Origin: Nitrospirota bacterium
GTDB taxonomy: Bacteria > Nitrospirota > UBA9217
Direction: 5' to 3'
NCBI GenBank assembly: GCA_963749655.1
Contig: CAVVOB010000013.1
Location: 128,001-192,000, forward strand
Length of the DNA: 64,000 bases
Shown here: positions 21,157-30,081 of the stretch, one piece after another
Layout: every line of letters begins with the position of its first letter
How positions within the stretch are numbered: position 1 is the first letter of the stretch
Notes under the pieces: model-generated
The model's database searches: none
What the model was told of the DNA's origin: nothing
What the model saw: only the letters and a program-made list of their open reading frames with translations
Made by a program: the position numbers and the translations under genes

Positions 21157-21972
21157 CTAGTACACGAACTGCCCCAGAATGATCAGCACCAGCAGCAGGA
21201 ACCCGGCAGCCACGACCGCGAACCCGAAGATGATCCCCATGTCCGTTATCCAGTTCTTCTGCGGCTCCACCATGAGCCGGTCCATCTGCCGTTCTTCGGT
21301 CAGGCGCTGATACTCCAGCGGCCGTTCGTGCTGCAGTTCATGAACACTGACGGCCCCCGTGAAGATGACGGGATCCATCGGGAATTTTTCCGGCCGCATA
21401 TGAGTGTTGAAAAAGTGGATCGTGAAAATAAAGCCCGCCGCGAGGAGCGCCTCGTCGCTGTGGATGACCGTGGCGATGTTGAACACCCAGCCCGGGAAAA
21501 AACGGCCGAAGAACTCCGGGAACCAGAGGAACAGCCCCGACACGCCGATCATTCCCACGCCCCAGAATACGGCCCAGTAGTCGAACTTTTCCCAGTAGGT
21601 CCACCGGTCGAACTGCGGCTTCGGCCCCATCCCGAGGAACCACTTGAAGTTGTTGTAGATGTCTTCGAGGTCCTTGAGCCAGGGCACCATGGACTCGGGG
21701 CCGAGGGGGTTGAACCGCATTTTCCGGACAACCACGATATTGTGCAGGACATAGGCGATATGGGCCGCGAAGTACCCGAAGGTGAGGACCGCGCAGATGC
21801 GGTGGATGAGGGCCGCGCCCTGGTAGCCTCCTTCAAGCCCTACGAGCCAGGCCGCCCACGGCGCCTGGGCGTACTTGATCGGCATGCCCGAGGCAACGAG
21901 GCCGATGAAGCTGAGGGCCATGACCGCGTGCAGGACGCGGTGGTAAGCGTTGAACCGTCGTACCTGTGCCAT
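21157..21972 (-). CDS. Di-heme cytochrome b (FdnI/HydC-like, CbcL C-terminal-like)
   Basis: HRVLH, IHRICA, WTYWEKFDYWAVFWG, IHSDEALLA..FIFTIHFFNTHMRPEKFPMD. Confidence 0.88.
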   Translation of the reverse strand: MAQVRRFNAYHRVLHAVMALSFIGLVASGMPIKYAQAPWAAWLVGLEGGYQGAALIHRICAVLTFGYFAAHIAYVLHNIVVVRKMRFNPLGPESMVPWLKDLEDIYNNFKWFLGMGPKPQFDRWTYWEKFDYWAVFWGVGMIGVSGLFLWFPEFFGRFFPGWVFNIATVIHSDEALLAAGFIFTIHFFNTHMRPEKFPMDPVIFTGAVSVHELQHERPLEYQRLTEERQMDRLMVEPQKNWITDMGIIFGFAVVAAGFLLLVLIILGQFVY

Positions 21973-21973
21973 A

Positions 21974-22957
21974 TTATTCGCCCCCTTTCTTTGTCATACG
22001 TTCTTTCAGCGCGCGATAGGCCCAGAGGAACGTATGGATAAAGAAGAAGGTGAACACGCCGATCAAAAGCGTCGTCATGAACAGGAAGGTGTAGTAGAGA
22101 ATGGGGTATTTCTCCCGGTTGCCCTCTTCCCCGTGAGCGTAGAACTTCGTGAATCCCCGCGTCGCGTGGGCATGGCATTTTTTGCACGTGGCGAGGATAT
22201 TGTGCTGCGCCAGCGGCGACAGGCGGTCGGCGACGGAAACGATCGCATGGGACCCGTGGCAGTCAGCGCATTTCGCCATGGTGGCATAGCCGAGCTCCGT
22301 CACCTTGCCGTGGTAGGTCTTATGATAGGTCTTCATCTGCTCCTGGTGGCAGTTGCCGCATTGCCGGATGAGCGAAAGCTTCCACCGGTCGGTGACTGTC
22401 GGGGGTGCCAGGTGCTCCAGGTGGCAGTCAAAGCAGGTGGGCGCCTTCAGCGTCAGGTCGAGCTGGAGCGCCGTGGCGTGGATGCTGGTCCGGTATGCCT
22501 CATACTCGGCAGGATGACACTGCGAACAGAGAGCAGGGATCTTCTTCCTGTTCGTAGCCGAACGCGTGTCAGCGGAGGGGTAAATGGCATGCGACCCATG
22601 GCAGGTCTGGCACGTCGGCGCCGCGCCATTTCCCGCCGCGGCTTCTTTCCCGTGCACGCTCAGCTTGTACTGCTGAGCCTGCTCTTTCGGGGCGCCTTCG
22701 TTGCCCGTGAAGTGGCAGATGCCGCAGTTCACCTTCGCCGTCTTCCCGTGGGGATATTCCGTTATCCCGAGATGGCATTTGGCGCAGGCCAGGTGTCCGT
22801 GAACCGATTGCTCCAGTGCGGCGCGGTCGACATACCCCTTCGAGCCCTTCTGGCCGTGACAATCGTAACAGATATTCTGTGCGAAAGCGGCGAGGGGGAA
22901 GAGGAGGCAAAGGAACAGGAAAAAAAGTATTAGACGTTTCTTGCCAGGGCAATGCAT
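21974..22957 (-). CDS. Membrane-anchored nine-heme cytochrome c (CbcL N-terminal-like)
   Basis: Signal peptide, nine CxxCH motifs and a C-terminal TM helix with FFFIHT. Confidence 0.9.
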   Translation of the reverse strand: MHCPGKKRLILFFLFLCLLFPLAAFAQNICYDCHGQKGSKGYVDRAALEQSVHGHLACAKCHLGITEYPHGKTAKVNCGICHFTGNEGAPKEQAQQYKLSVHGKEAAAGNGAAPTCQTCHGSHAIYPSADTRSATNRKKIPALCSQCHPAEYEAYRTSIHATALQLDLTLKAPTCFDCHLEHLAPPTVTDRWKLSLIRQCGNCHQEQMKTYHKTYHGKVTELGYATMAKCADCHGSHAIVSVADRLSPLAQHNILATCKKCHAHATRGFTKFYAHGEEGNREKYPILYYTFLFMTTLLIGVFTFFFIHTFLWAYRALKERMTKKGGE

Positions 22958-23130
22958 GGCTAAATTGTAGCAAAGAATATCAGACTGTCAAGGTAGAGAA
23001 AAAAAGTTGTCAAATGTTGAGCACGGGCGGACAGTTGGCAGACTTCTCAATTCTGAAAATCGCGAGAAACGCAGGACTCCGGCAGTTTTTCATACGTAGT
23101 TATACTAAGGAAGCGGAAACGGCTTTGTTC

Positions 23131-23205
23131 ACCGCAGAGACGCAGAGGCGCGGAGGAACCGTTCAGTTATAAAATTTTTTCTCAGCGTCTCAGCGCATCT
23201 GCGGT
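23131..23205. repeat. Palindromic repeat with 9-bp tandem arms
   Basis: accgcagagacgcagaggcgcggag ... ctcagcgtctcagcgcatctgcggt. Confidence 0.75.
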
Positions 23206-23270
23206 AAGTTTTTTGCGCGCAGAACGCTGCTGGTGTTCATATCGTGTCGTCTGAGAGCTAATGATCCTGT

Positions 23271-24701
23271 CTACCTGATGATATCCGCCGTGAAGGAATA
23301 GAGCTGCGCGTCTTTCCAGGCGTCCTTGGGCAGGCCTGCCTTGATCGAGACCTGCTCAAGGAACGTCGGCACGTCCCAGTGATATTCCTCGGCAACCTGG
23401 GGGAGGAGGATGCCGCTGTTCCATCCCTTTACCAGGTAGAGTCCGTGCGTCCCGATCCTGATGTTTTTAACGTCCAACAGGAGTTCGAGGGGAGAAAGGA
23501 CTGTGACCTCGACGGACATATCGTTCAGCTCCTGAGGCGTCATGGGTTCGAATCGCGGGTCGCGGGAGCAGGCCGAGACTGCGTTCGTGATGACGGACTT
23601 GAACAGCGGCATGACGGGTTCGATGTTCCCGATGCAGCCCCGCAGGCGCCCGCTGCGATTGATCGTGACAAAGACGGCCCCGTTGGCCGCGAGACGGGCG
23701 TCTTTCGGTTCGAACTGCGGCGTCTTGCCGTGCTTCACATAGCTTTCTATCGTTCGTCTGGCAAGAGCGAGAAGCTCCCGTTGCTGTTCTGCTGTGAGCG
23801 CGCTTTTGTACAGGCCCAGCGCCGCATATCCCACGACCCGGGTACGGTCATTTGTCACATCGCCCGAGTTCGCCGCGTTGAACAGCACGCCGTTGGTTGC
23901 GCCGAGCCTCCGGGCCGCTGCCATGGCAACGAGCACCGCGTACCCGCCGCACATTTCACCCTCGCTGCTCCGGAGGCGCTGCTCCAGGTCTTCCACCGAC
24001 ATCCTGGCCACGGCGTTGGTGACCGTTCCGTCCATTTTTTTCGCTGTTCTGTAATCGTGATAATGGGAGAGGTCCGTGCTCGCGATGATGATCGTCTTCG
24101 GATTTTCAGCGACAATCGACGTAAGGCTGCGGATCAGGGAGTCGAAGGATTCCTGTGTGGGGCGGCCGATCAGGACAGGCACTATGGTGAAGCGCGTCAG
24201 CGTGCGCTGAAGGAACGGCAGCTGCACCTCGATCGAGTGCTCCTTTTCAAAGGCCGAGGTTGACGCCGTGACGCCTGCTTTCGGGTCGATGAGCTTTTTC
24301 GCGAGCCGGTCGTTGATCTTGATCGTTCCCAAAGGGGTCCGCATGCCGCCTGACGCATACACGACAGCGCCGTTCACCTCGGCGTAATGGCTCGGTCCGA
24401 TCAGTATAACCGTATCGACCGGCCGTTCCTGCAGATGGCGGTACGCATAGGCCGCGACCTGTCCGGAATACTGGTACCCGGCATGGGGCGCGATCAGGGC
24501 GATGAGCTTCCCTTCCACGGGGGTCGTCTTTGCGCGGGACAGGAAATCGTCGACCATGGCGGTAAGCGCCTGTTTGTCCGCGGGATAGAAGGCCCCGGCA
24601 ACCGCGGGCTCCTTGACGGTCCCGCCGGCGCCCACAAGCAGGACGGTCAGGACCAGGAGAATGGACAGCAATGCAGCTCCGACAAGGTGCTTACGCTTCA
24701 T
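23271..24701 (-). CDS. amrB: AmmeMemoRadiSam protein B (Memo) fused to protein A (AMMECR1), with N-terminal signal or anchor
   Basis: PAVAGAFYP, PHAGYQYSG, EHSIEVQLPFLQ, STDLSHY and MCG, then GAVFVTI..LRGCIG, DPRF, LLPQVA and KAGL. Confidence 0.92.
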   Translation of the reverse strand: MKRKHLVGAALLSILLVLTVLLVGAGGTVKEPAVAGAFYPADKQALTAMVDDFLSRAKTTPVEGKLIALIAPHAGYQYSGQVAAYAYRHLQERPVDTVILIGPSHYAEVNGAVVYASGGMRTPLGTIKINDRLAKKLIDPKAGVTASTSAFEKEHSIEVQLPFLQRTLTRFTIVPVLIGRPTQESFDSLIRSLTSIVAENPKTIIIASTDLSHYHDYRTAKKMDGTVTNAVARMSVEDLEQRLRSSEGEMCGGYAVLVAMAAARRLGATNGVLFNAANSGDVTNDRTRVVGYAALGLYKSALTAEQQRELLALARRTIESYVKHGKTPQFEPKDARLAANGAVFVTINRSGRLRGCIGNIEPVMPLFKSVITNAVSACSRDPRFEPMTPQELNDMSVEVTVLSPLELLLDVKNIRIGTHGLYLVKGWNSGILLPQVAEEYHWDVPTFLEQVSIKAGLPKDAWKDAQLYSFTADIIR

Positions 24702-24828
24702 CTTTTCTCCTCCAGAACCTGGCGGGCTTGTCCTGCTCCTTGGATTTTATCTTTTTTGCAAGAAAACTGATGATGCCGCCTGCGAGGAAGAATCCGAGGA
24801 AGCTCCTTCGTGATATGGTGTCCTTCAT
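24691..24828 (-). CDS. 45-aa twin-arginine (Tat) signal micro-protein, absent from the ORF track
   Basis: Hand translation gives MKDTISRRSFLGFFLAGGIISFLAKKIKSKEQDKPARFWRRKDEA*. GAGG RBS, and the ORF overlaps the amrB start by 11 nt. Confidence 0.75.
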   Translation of the reverse strand: MKDTISRRSFLGFFLAGGIISFLAKKIKSKEQDKPARFWRRKDEA

Positions 24829-24850
24829 TGTTCGCCTCTTTTCAAGGGCC

Positions 24851-24922
24851 GTCATTCCGGGCTTGACCCGGAATCCAGTGGCTTTTCGCTAAGTCCTGGA
24901 TTCCTGCTTCCGCAGGAATGAC
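24851..24922. repeat. GTCATTCC-type palindromic repeat, copy 2
   Basis: gtcattccgggcttgacccggaatccag...ctggattcctgcttccgcaggaatgac. Confidence 0.82.
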
Positions 24923-25006
24923 GAGCGATAGGGGTATATTGTTAACCCTCAATTCTCCGCAGCTTACTGCGGAGAGGTATTAGTAGCTTGCAACAAAGCC
25001 CCTTCT

Positions 25007-25981
25007 TCATCCCCACACTCCCGCGATCTTCATGCCGCAGAACCTGCATTTTCCCGACGCGATGTTGTTCTGCTTCACGAAATATCCGGTCCGCTCGATG
25101 ACGATCTTTTTGCAGCGCGGGCAGAGGGTGTTCTCTGCGTCGCTCCGCACATTGCCGATATAGACAAAGCGGAGTCCGGCGTCGAGGGCGGTTGTTCTGG
25201 CGTTTTTCAGCGTCTCGACGGGCGTGGGCGGCAGGTCCTTCAGCTTGTAACCCGGGAAGAACCGGGAAAAGTGAAGCGGCACGTCATTCCCGAGGTTCTT
25301 CACGATCCATTTGCACATGTCGCGGACCTGCGACAGGTTATCGTTCAACGTGGGGATGACCAGGTTCGTGACCTCGAGCCACACCTTGTCCTCCCTGAGC
25401 TGTACGAGGGAGTCCAGAACGGGTCTGAGCCTGCCGCCGCATATTCTTGCGTAGAAGTCCTCGGTAAAGGCCTTCAGGTCCACGTCGGCGGCATCGAGAT
25501 ACCTGGCGAGTTCGTGGAGCGGTTTTTTGTTGATGTACCCGCAGGAATGCATCGTGTTGTTGATGCCGTATTGGCGGGCGATTACCGCGGTGTCGTACAT
25601 GTATTCGTAGAACACCGTGGGTTCGGTGTAGGTGTAGGTGATTGTCCTGCACTGGTAGAACAGCGCCTGGCGGACGACATCCGCGGGAGGAAGGTCCCGG
25701 GAATCCACGTCCTCGGGGTTCGCCTGCGAGATCTCCCAGTTCTGGCAGAACTTGCAGCCCAGGACGCATCCTGCCGTTGCGATCGAAAAGGCGGTAGTTC
25801 CGGGATGGAAATGGAAGAAAGGCTTTTTTTCGATGGGGTCGATGGCCACGGCGCAGGGCTTCCCGTACACAAGGCTGTACAGTGTCCCGCCCTTGTTTAT
25901 CCTGGTCCTGCACCCGCCGATCTGAAATTCCTCGAGCACGCATTCGGTGGGGCAGAGTTCGCATTGGACTGTTTTCGCCAT
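25007..25981 (-). CDS. amrS: AmmeMemoRadiSam radical SAM enzyme, short at the N-terminus
   Basis: CELCPTEC, DPIEKKP, GCVLGCKFCQNWEISQ, YTYTEP, LHFSRFFP, YIGNV and a C-terminal Zn ribbon. Confidence 0.93.
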   Translation of the reverse strand: MAKTVQCELCPTECVLEEFQIGGCRTRINKGGTLYSLVYGKPCAVAIDPIEKKPFFHFHPGTTAFSIATAGCVLGCKFCQNWEISQANPEDVDSRDLPPADVVRQALFYQCRTITYTYTEPTVFYEYMYDTAVIARQYGINNTMHSCGYINKKPLHELARYLDAADVDLKAFTEDFYARICGGRLRPVLDSLVQLREDKVWLEVTNLVIPTLNDNLSQVRDMCKWIVKNLGNDVPLHFSRFFPGYKLKDLPPTPVETLKNARTTALDAGLRFVYIGNVRSDAENTLCPRCKKIVIERTGYFVKQNNIASGKCRFCGMKIAGVWG

Positions 25982-25997
25982 TAGTCAGTTAAATGTT

Positions 25998-26090
25998 TTG
26001 CCGCAGAGTTCTCAGAGGACACGGGAAAAAGCTTAAGAATCATTATTCCTGGAGTTTTCCTCTGTGCTCTCAATGTCCTCTGTGGCTAAA
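25998..26090. repeat. Palindromic repeat with 9-bp tandem arms
   Basis: gccgcagagttctcagaggacacgg ... ctctgtgctctcaatgtcctctgtggc. Confidence 0.72.
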
Positions 26091-26125
26091 GTTTTTCGGC
26101 TTGTCCTGAGCAGGATATGCTGGGG

Positions 26126-26329
26126 TTACTGCTTCTCCTTCCAGTAAGAGCCTTGATGCAGGCTGAGCCCCTTTTTCGAGATCGTGCTTTCGTAGTAGAC
26201 GCGGCGTTTCAGATAATTCTCGATGTCAGGTATCACCGTTTCCCGGAGCACGGAAAAGGCCAGAATCGCAATGACGAGCCCTGCGCTCGCGGAAAGCAAT
26301 ACCTTGAATTTTTGTTTGTCCTTCTCCAT
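26126..26329 (-). CDS. 67-aa single-TM micro-protein upstream of amrS
   Basis: MEKDKQKFKVLLSASAGLVIAILAFSVLRE...KKGLSLHQGSYWKEKQ*. Confidence 0.65.
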   Translation of the reverse strand: MEKDKQKFKVLLSASAGLVIAILAFSVLRETVIPDIENYLKRRVYYESTISKKGLSLHQGSYWKEKQ

Positions 26330-26405
26330 AGGCAGCAAATTAAATCTTCTCTCTCTGGTGGTTCTTTGTCAAGCCGCATTTACCGGCCTGCAGGGCCTTT
26401 TGCTG

Positions 26406-26464
26406 GTTCAGGCTTGCAGCCTGAACCAAATGTTAAGGTTTGGTTCAATCTTCAAGATTGAACC
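26406..26464. repeat. Two tandem related hairpins (GGTTCA...TGAACC)
   Basis: ggttcaggcttgcagcctgaacc and ggttcaatcttcaagattgaacc. Confidence 0.55.
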
Positions 26465-26544
26465 AGCGTGAGGCTTCGTGTGAGTTTTATGAATGCATCA
26501 ATCTTGAGTGAATCTGGCTAGTCCAAACTTGCCGCATAGTGCAA

Positions 26545-27771
26545 TCATCGACCTGCAGGGCCGTGCTGAAAACAGCGGTTGCAGCGGATGCACTCGGAAA
26601 CAGCCGGATTCGGCTTGTTCGCCACGGGACAATCGGCGCCGCTCGGATATCCCCTTGCCTCTCTTGACAAGGCGCCGGTCAGCGCGGCCACAGGACAAAG
26701 ATACCGGCACCAGAACCGTTCGATGCGCAGGTTCGCGGCAAGGGCAATAACGACGAGGGCCCATGTTAACGCTGTACCGTTGAAGGAAAAGAGCGTCACG
26801 TAGGCCTCGTAGTTCCCGTAGTCCGCGCTGCTGCCTGTGAACGCCAGAACAACGGCGAGGCCGAGCAGGCCATATTTCAAGGTTCTCGCACGGCCGTCCA
26901 GTTCGGGCGGGATTTCCCATTTGCGGAAAGGCAGCCTGCTTATGAACTCGGACAAAGCGCCGAAGGGGCAGAGCCAGCCGCAGTAGAACCTTCCTGCCAC
27001 GATGATAGACGCGAAGGTGCTGATAACGAGCACATACCACAGCATCGACGACGACGGCCTCAGGAGGACAAGGTTAAAGACGTGAATGACGGAGAAGGGG
27101 GCGGAAAGATATAAACCGACGATGATGACGGAAGAGGCCAGGCTGAGGTCCCTCAGCGTCTGAAACTTCCGCGATCGCCGCGTAAGAACATATCCCGCTG
27201 CAGCGGCGATGAACAGGCCTGCGTACCACAGCCAGGCGGTTTCGCGGCGGCCTGTGCCGGCCGGTCCGGAACTGATGCCGAGGACGTCCCTTGCCGCGGT
27301 GCGCGAGGACTCCCTGACCGTATCAGCCAGGGCTTTAACGCTCACCGTGGCGCGGGTGATCCCATCGATGTCGCGGTCCACCTCGAAGGGATCGGTCACG
27401 CTCTTCCCGATGAATTGGCTGAGATAGGACGGAAGCTCGAGATAGCGGACGTAATTCTTCGTCTCCCGGTGCTCGATGATCCTGAGGCCGGCGATCATTC
27501 CCTCGCGGCTCAGGACGACCATGACCTTGATCGGACCTGCATATCCCCTGATCTGCGGCACGATGTCATGGGAGTTGAAGGCGACAGCTCCATCCCCGGA
27601 GCGATAGACCGGTGGGCTGCCCTGCTTCTCTGCAAAACGCGAGTCAGGAGCAGCGATCTTGAGAATACTGCGTTCATCGGGCGCAGGCGCCATGAGGCGG
27701 GACCGGACAAGGTGGCCCGTGATCAGCGAACAGAGGGCAAGGGCTGTAAGGAGGATTCTAATTTTTTTCAT
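26545..27771 (-). CDS. NosR/NirI-like membrane protein with FMN-binding and 4Fe-4S-binding domains
   Basis: GYAGPI, DIDGITRATVS flavinylation-like motif, two CxxxCP (CGWLCP, CRYLCP) and C-terminal CIRCNRC. Confidence 0.82.
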   Translation of the reverse strand: MKKIRILLTALALCSLITGHLVRSRLMAPAPDERSILKIAAPDSRFAEKQGSPPVYRSGDGAVAFNSHDIVPQIRGYAGPIKVMVVLSREGMIAGLRIIEHRETKNYVRYLELPSYLSQFIGKSVTDPFEVDRDIDGITRATVSVKALADTVRESSRTAARDVLGISSGPAGTGRRETAWLWYAGLFIAAAAGYVLTRRSRKFQTLRDLSLASSVIIVGLYLSAPFSVIHVFNLVLLRPSSSMLWYVLVISTFASIIVAGRFYCGWLCPFGALSEFISRLPFRKWEIPPELDGRARTLKYGLLGLAVVLAFTGSSADYGNYEAYVTLFSFNGTALTWALVVIALAANLRIERFWCRYLCPVAALTGALSREARGYPSGADCPVANKPNPAVSECIRCNRCFQHGPAGR

Positions 27772-29854
27772 GGCCCAGGACCATCAGCAGCACCAGCGAA
27801 GACGCTTTCAGCGCAATCAGCGACAGGATCGCATTCCCGACTCCGAGAAGGGGCACGAAGAGTATGGATGCGGAGAGGGCTCCGAGAACGGCGCCTCCCA
27901 GGTCCACGGCATAGAGCCGCCCCGCATGCTCTCCCGGCTTCGCGCCTCCGATCAACCGGCTTATGAGCGCGAACTGCATCCCGGCCATGGCGCCGCAGAG
28001 GAGGACCATGACGTAATAGAACAGCTCGAGGGTGAAGAAAAGCGGCGCCACAAGAAGCAGCAGCAGTGAGGCCACGTCCAACGCCTGGACCCACGACTGC
28101 GATCGTTTCAGGAACCGGGCCCCGGAAGCGCCGGCCGCCGTGCCTGCCATGAAGAGGGCAGAGAGGATGCCGATCCGTTCGTAGACATAGCCGAACGACG
28201 CCTGATACATAAGCAGGACAGCCACGTTGAACGCCATGGCGAAGTAGCCGGTGGTGAAAAGGCTGTAATAGAACGTACGCTGTTTTCTCCAGAACAGGAC
28301 AACAGCCGTCAGGAGCAGTGCGGCAAAGGCCGTCAAGACGGGAACTTCGCCTGCGCCGACGATGCTGTTCAGGAACGCGCCGCCGTGCGTCTCCGTCCAG
28401 AGCATGAGGTTGTACAGGTAGGCGACCGGCCTGCGGTCCCTGTTGAGCGTGTCGACCGCGCCGAGCCGTGCAGCGACCATGTCCGTTTTCATCGGGTCGA
28501 AGATGTCCTTGAAGATAAGGGGGTAGAAGTATTCGGTCTGCACGCCCCGTGCGGAAAATCGCATCGCAAGCTCGTCAGGGTCCGCCTTCAGGGGCCTGTC
28601 CGAAGCGTACATGCCTCCGTATTCCTCGGAAGAGAGCGCCACGGTCGGGAAGACCGCCTTCAGCGAGCGGTAAATGGACCCGTTGGCGGCCTGCAGACGC
28701 CGTCCGATGTAGCCGTGGGACGCGGGCAGGGTCAGGGCGAGGACGCCGCCGGGGTTCAGGATCGCGCGGGCCTCGCGGAAAAATTCCACGGTATAGAACC
28801 TGTTGAGATTGGCGGTCGAAGGCTCGGGCAGGTTCAGGATCACGATATCGTACCGTGCTTTTGCAGCCGACCTGACAAAGGACCGCGCGTCCTGCACATT
28901 GACCTTCAGCCGTTTGTCGCCCAGCCGTTCCCGGTCCTCGCGGGTCAGGATGCTGAAGCAGAGGTCGATCATTTTGGGGTCGATCTCGACGAAGTCGACC
29001 TCCACCGCCGGATACTTCAGCAGCTCCCGCGCAACGGCCGCGGACCCGCCGATCAGCAGCACCCGGCCGGGCGACTCATGGAGCGACATCGGCACGTGGG
29101 CCCGCAGTTCCTCGGTCTGCTCATCGGGATAGGAGAACGCGAACCTGCCTGAGGTGAAAAGATTGAGCTGGTCGTCGGAATCGTAGAGCGCGAGCTCTCC
29201 ATACTTCGATTCCACGCGCTGAACCAGATCGAGGTCCTGTTCGGGCGCGTTCTCGACGATCGTCGTGGCCGCAACATGAAAAAGCAGGGGGATGACCAGG
29301 AACAGGAACCTCCGTTTTTTCTTCAGCAGCACGATCGTGAGCAGGATGTTCACGAAGCTGACTGCGGCGACAAGAGCGAAGGCATTGACGTTTCCGGCGA
29401 ACAGCACGGTAAAGAACAGGCCTCCGAGAAAAGAGCCCGCTGCCTCCAGGCCGTAGGTCCTGGCGGTGTCGCCTTTCAGGAAAGCCACGGCCAGCGGAAA
29501 CTGGGTGCCGATCATGAAGCAGACAGGGGCGAGGGCAAGAACAGTGGAGAGCACCGTGGTAGTCAGGGGGACCGTTTCGCCTGCTACCAGGCCGAAGACC
29601 GGGTGAATGAGGCTGATGAACAAGACGGAGGTTTGGGCCAGGAGAGCAACGCCGAAGAAGGAATACTCAAAAGCGTTTCTGTACCGGAACCTCCGGCCGA
29701 AGATGCTGCCGAGTCCGACGGCAAGGAGCCAGACCGCAAGGGTGATGCCGATGTCGAGCTCGTTCCCGGAGAAGACGGTCAAAAGCTGGCGCAAGGCGAT
29801 GATCTGCACCAGGATCGAGGTGAACCCCATTCCGAGAACAGCAAGGATGTTCAT
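27758..29854 (-). CDS. Fused membrane / spermidine-synthase-like SAM-dependent transferase
   Basis: TM bundles flank ESKYG, VLLIGG, FVEIDP, DARSF, YDIVILNLPEP and NRFYTVEFF. Confidence 0.85.
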   Translation of the reverse strand: MNILAVLGMGFTSILVQIIALRQLLTVFSGNELDIGITLAVWLLAVGLGSIFGRRFRYRNAFEYSFFGVALLAQTSVLFISLIHPVFGLVAGETVPLTTTVLSTVLALAPVCFMIGTQFPLAVAFLKGDTARTYGLEAAGSFLGGLFFTVLFAGNVNAFALVAAVSFVNILLTIVLLKKKRRFLFLVIPLLFHVAATTIVENAPEQDLDLVQRVESKYGELALYDSDDQLNLFTSGRFAFSYPDEQTEELRAHVPMSLHESPGRVLLIGGSAAVARELLKYPAVEVDFVEIDPKMIDLCFSILTREDRERLGDKRLKVNVQDARSFVRSAAKARYDIVILNLPEPSTANLNRFYTVEFFREARAILNPGGVLALTLPASHGYIGRRLQAANGSIYRSLKAVFPTVALSSEEYGGMYASDRPLKADPDELAMRFSARGVQTEYFYPLIFKDIFDPMKTDMVAARLGAVDTLNRDRRPVAYLYNLMLWTETHGGAFLNSIVGAGEVPVLTAFAALLLTAVVLFWRKQRTFYYSLFTTGYFAMAFNVAVLLMYQASFGYVYERIGILSALFMAGTAAGASGARFLKRSQSWVQALDVASLLLLLVAPLFFTLELFYYVMVLLCGAMAGMQFALISRLIGGAKPGEHAGRLYAVDLGGAVLGALSASILFVPLLGVGNAILSLIALKASSLVLLMVLGHEKN

Positions 29855-29919
29855 GGCCGGTAAGACCCTCCGAGAAACACCTTCTCATTATGCTGTGCGC
29901 GGAACCCCCTGTCAAGGGA

Positions 29920-30017
29920 CTTGAGAGGGCAGAGGGCAGGGGGCAGGAGTGAGGAGTGAGGAGTCAGGAGTAAGGAGACAGCGCAAACCCGAAACCCGAG
30001 ACGAGAAACCCGAAACT
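29920..30017. repeat. Heptanucleotide tandem repeats (GAGTGAG then AAACCCG)
   Basis: Directly visible tandem units between divergent genes. Confidence 0.7.
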
Positions 30018-30081
30018 CTGTTTTTTGATTTATCTTGCAAAAGTTTCGGAGGTTCGATACTATGGCCGAAGGGAGACCTTC

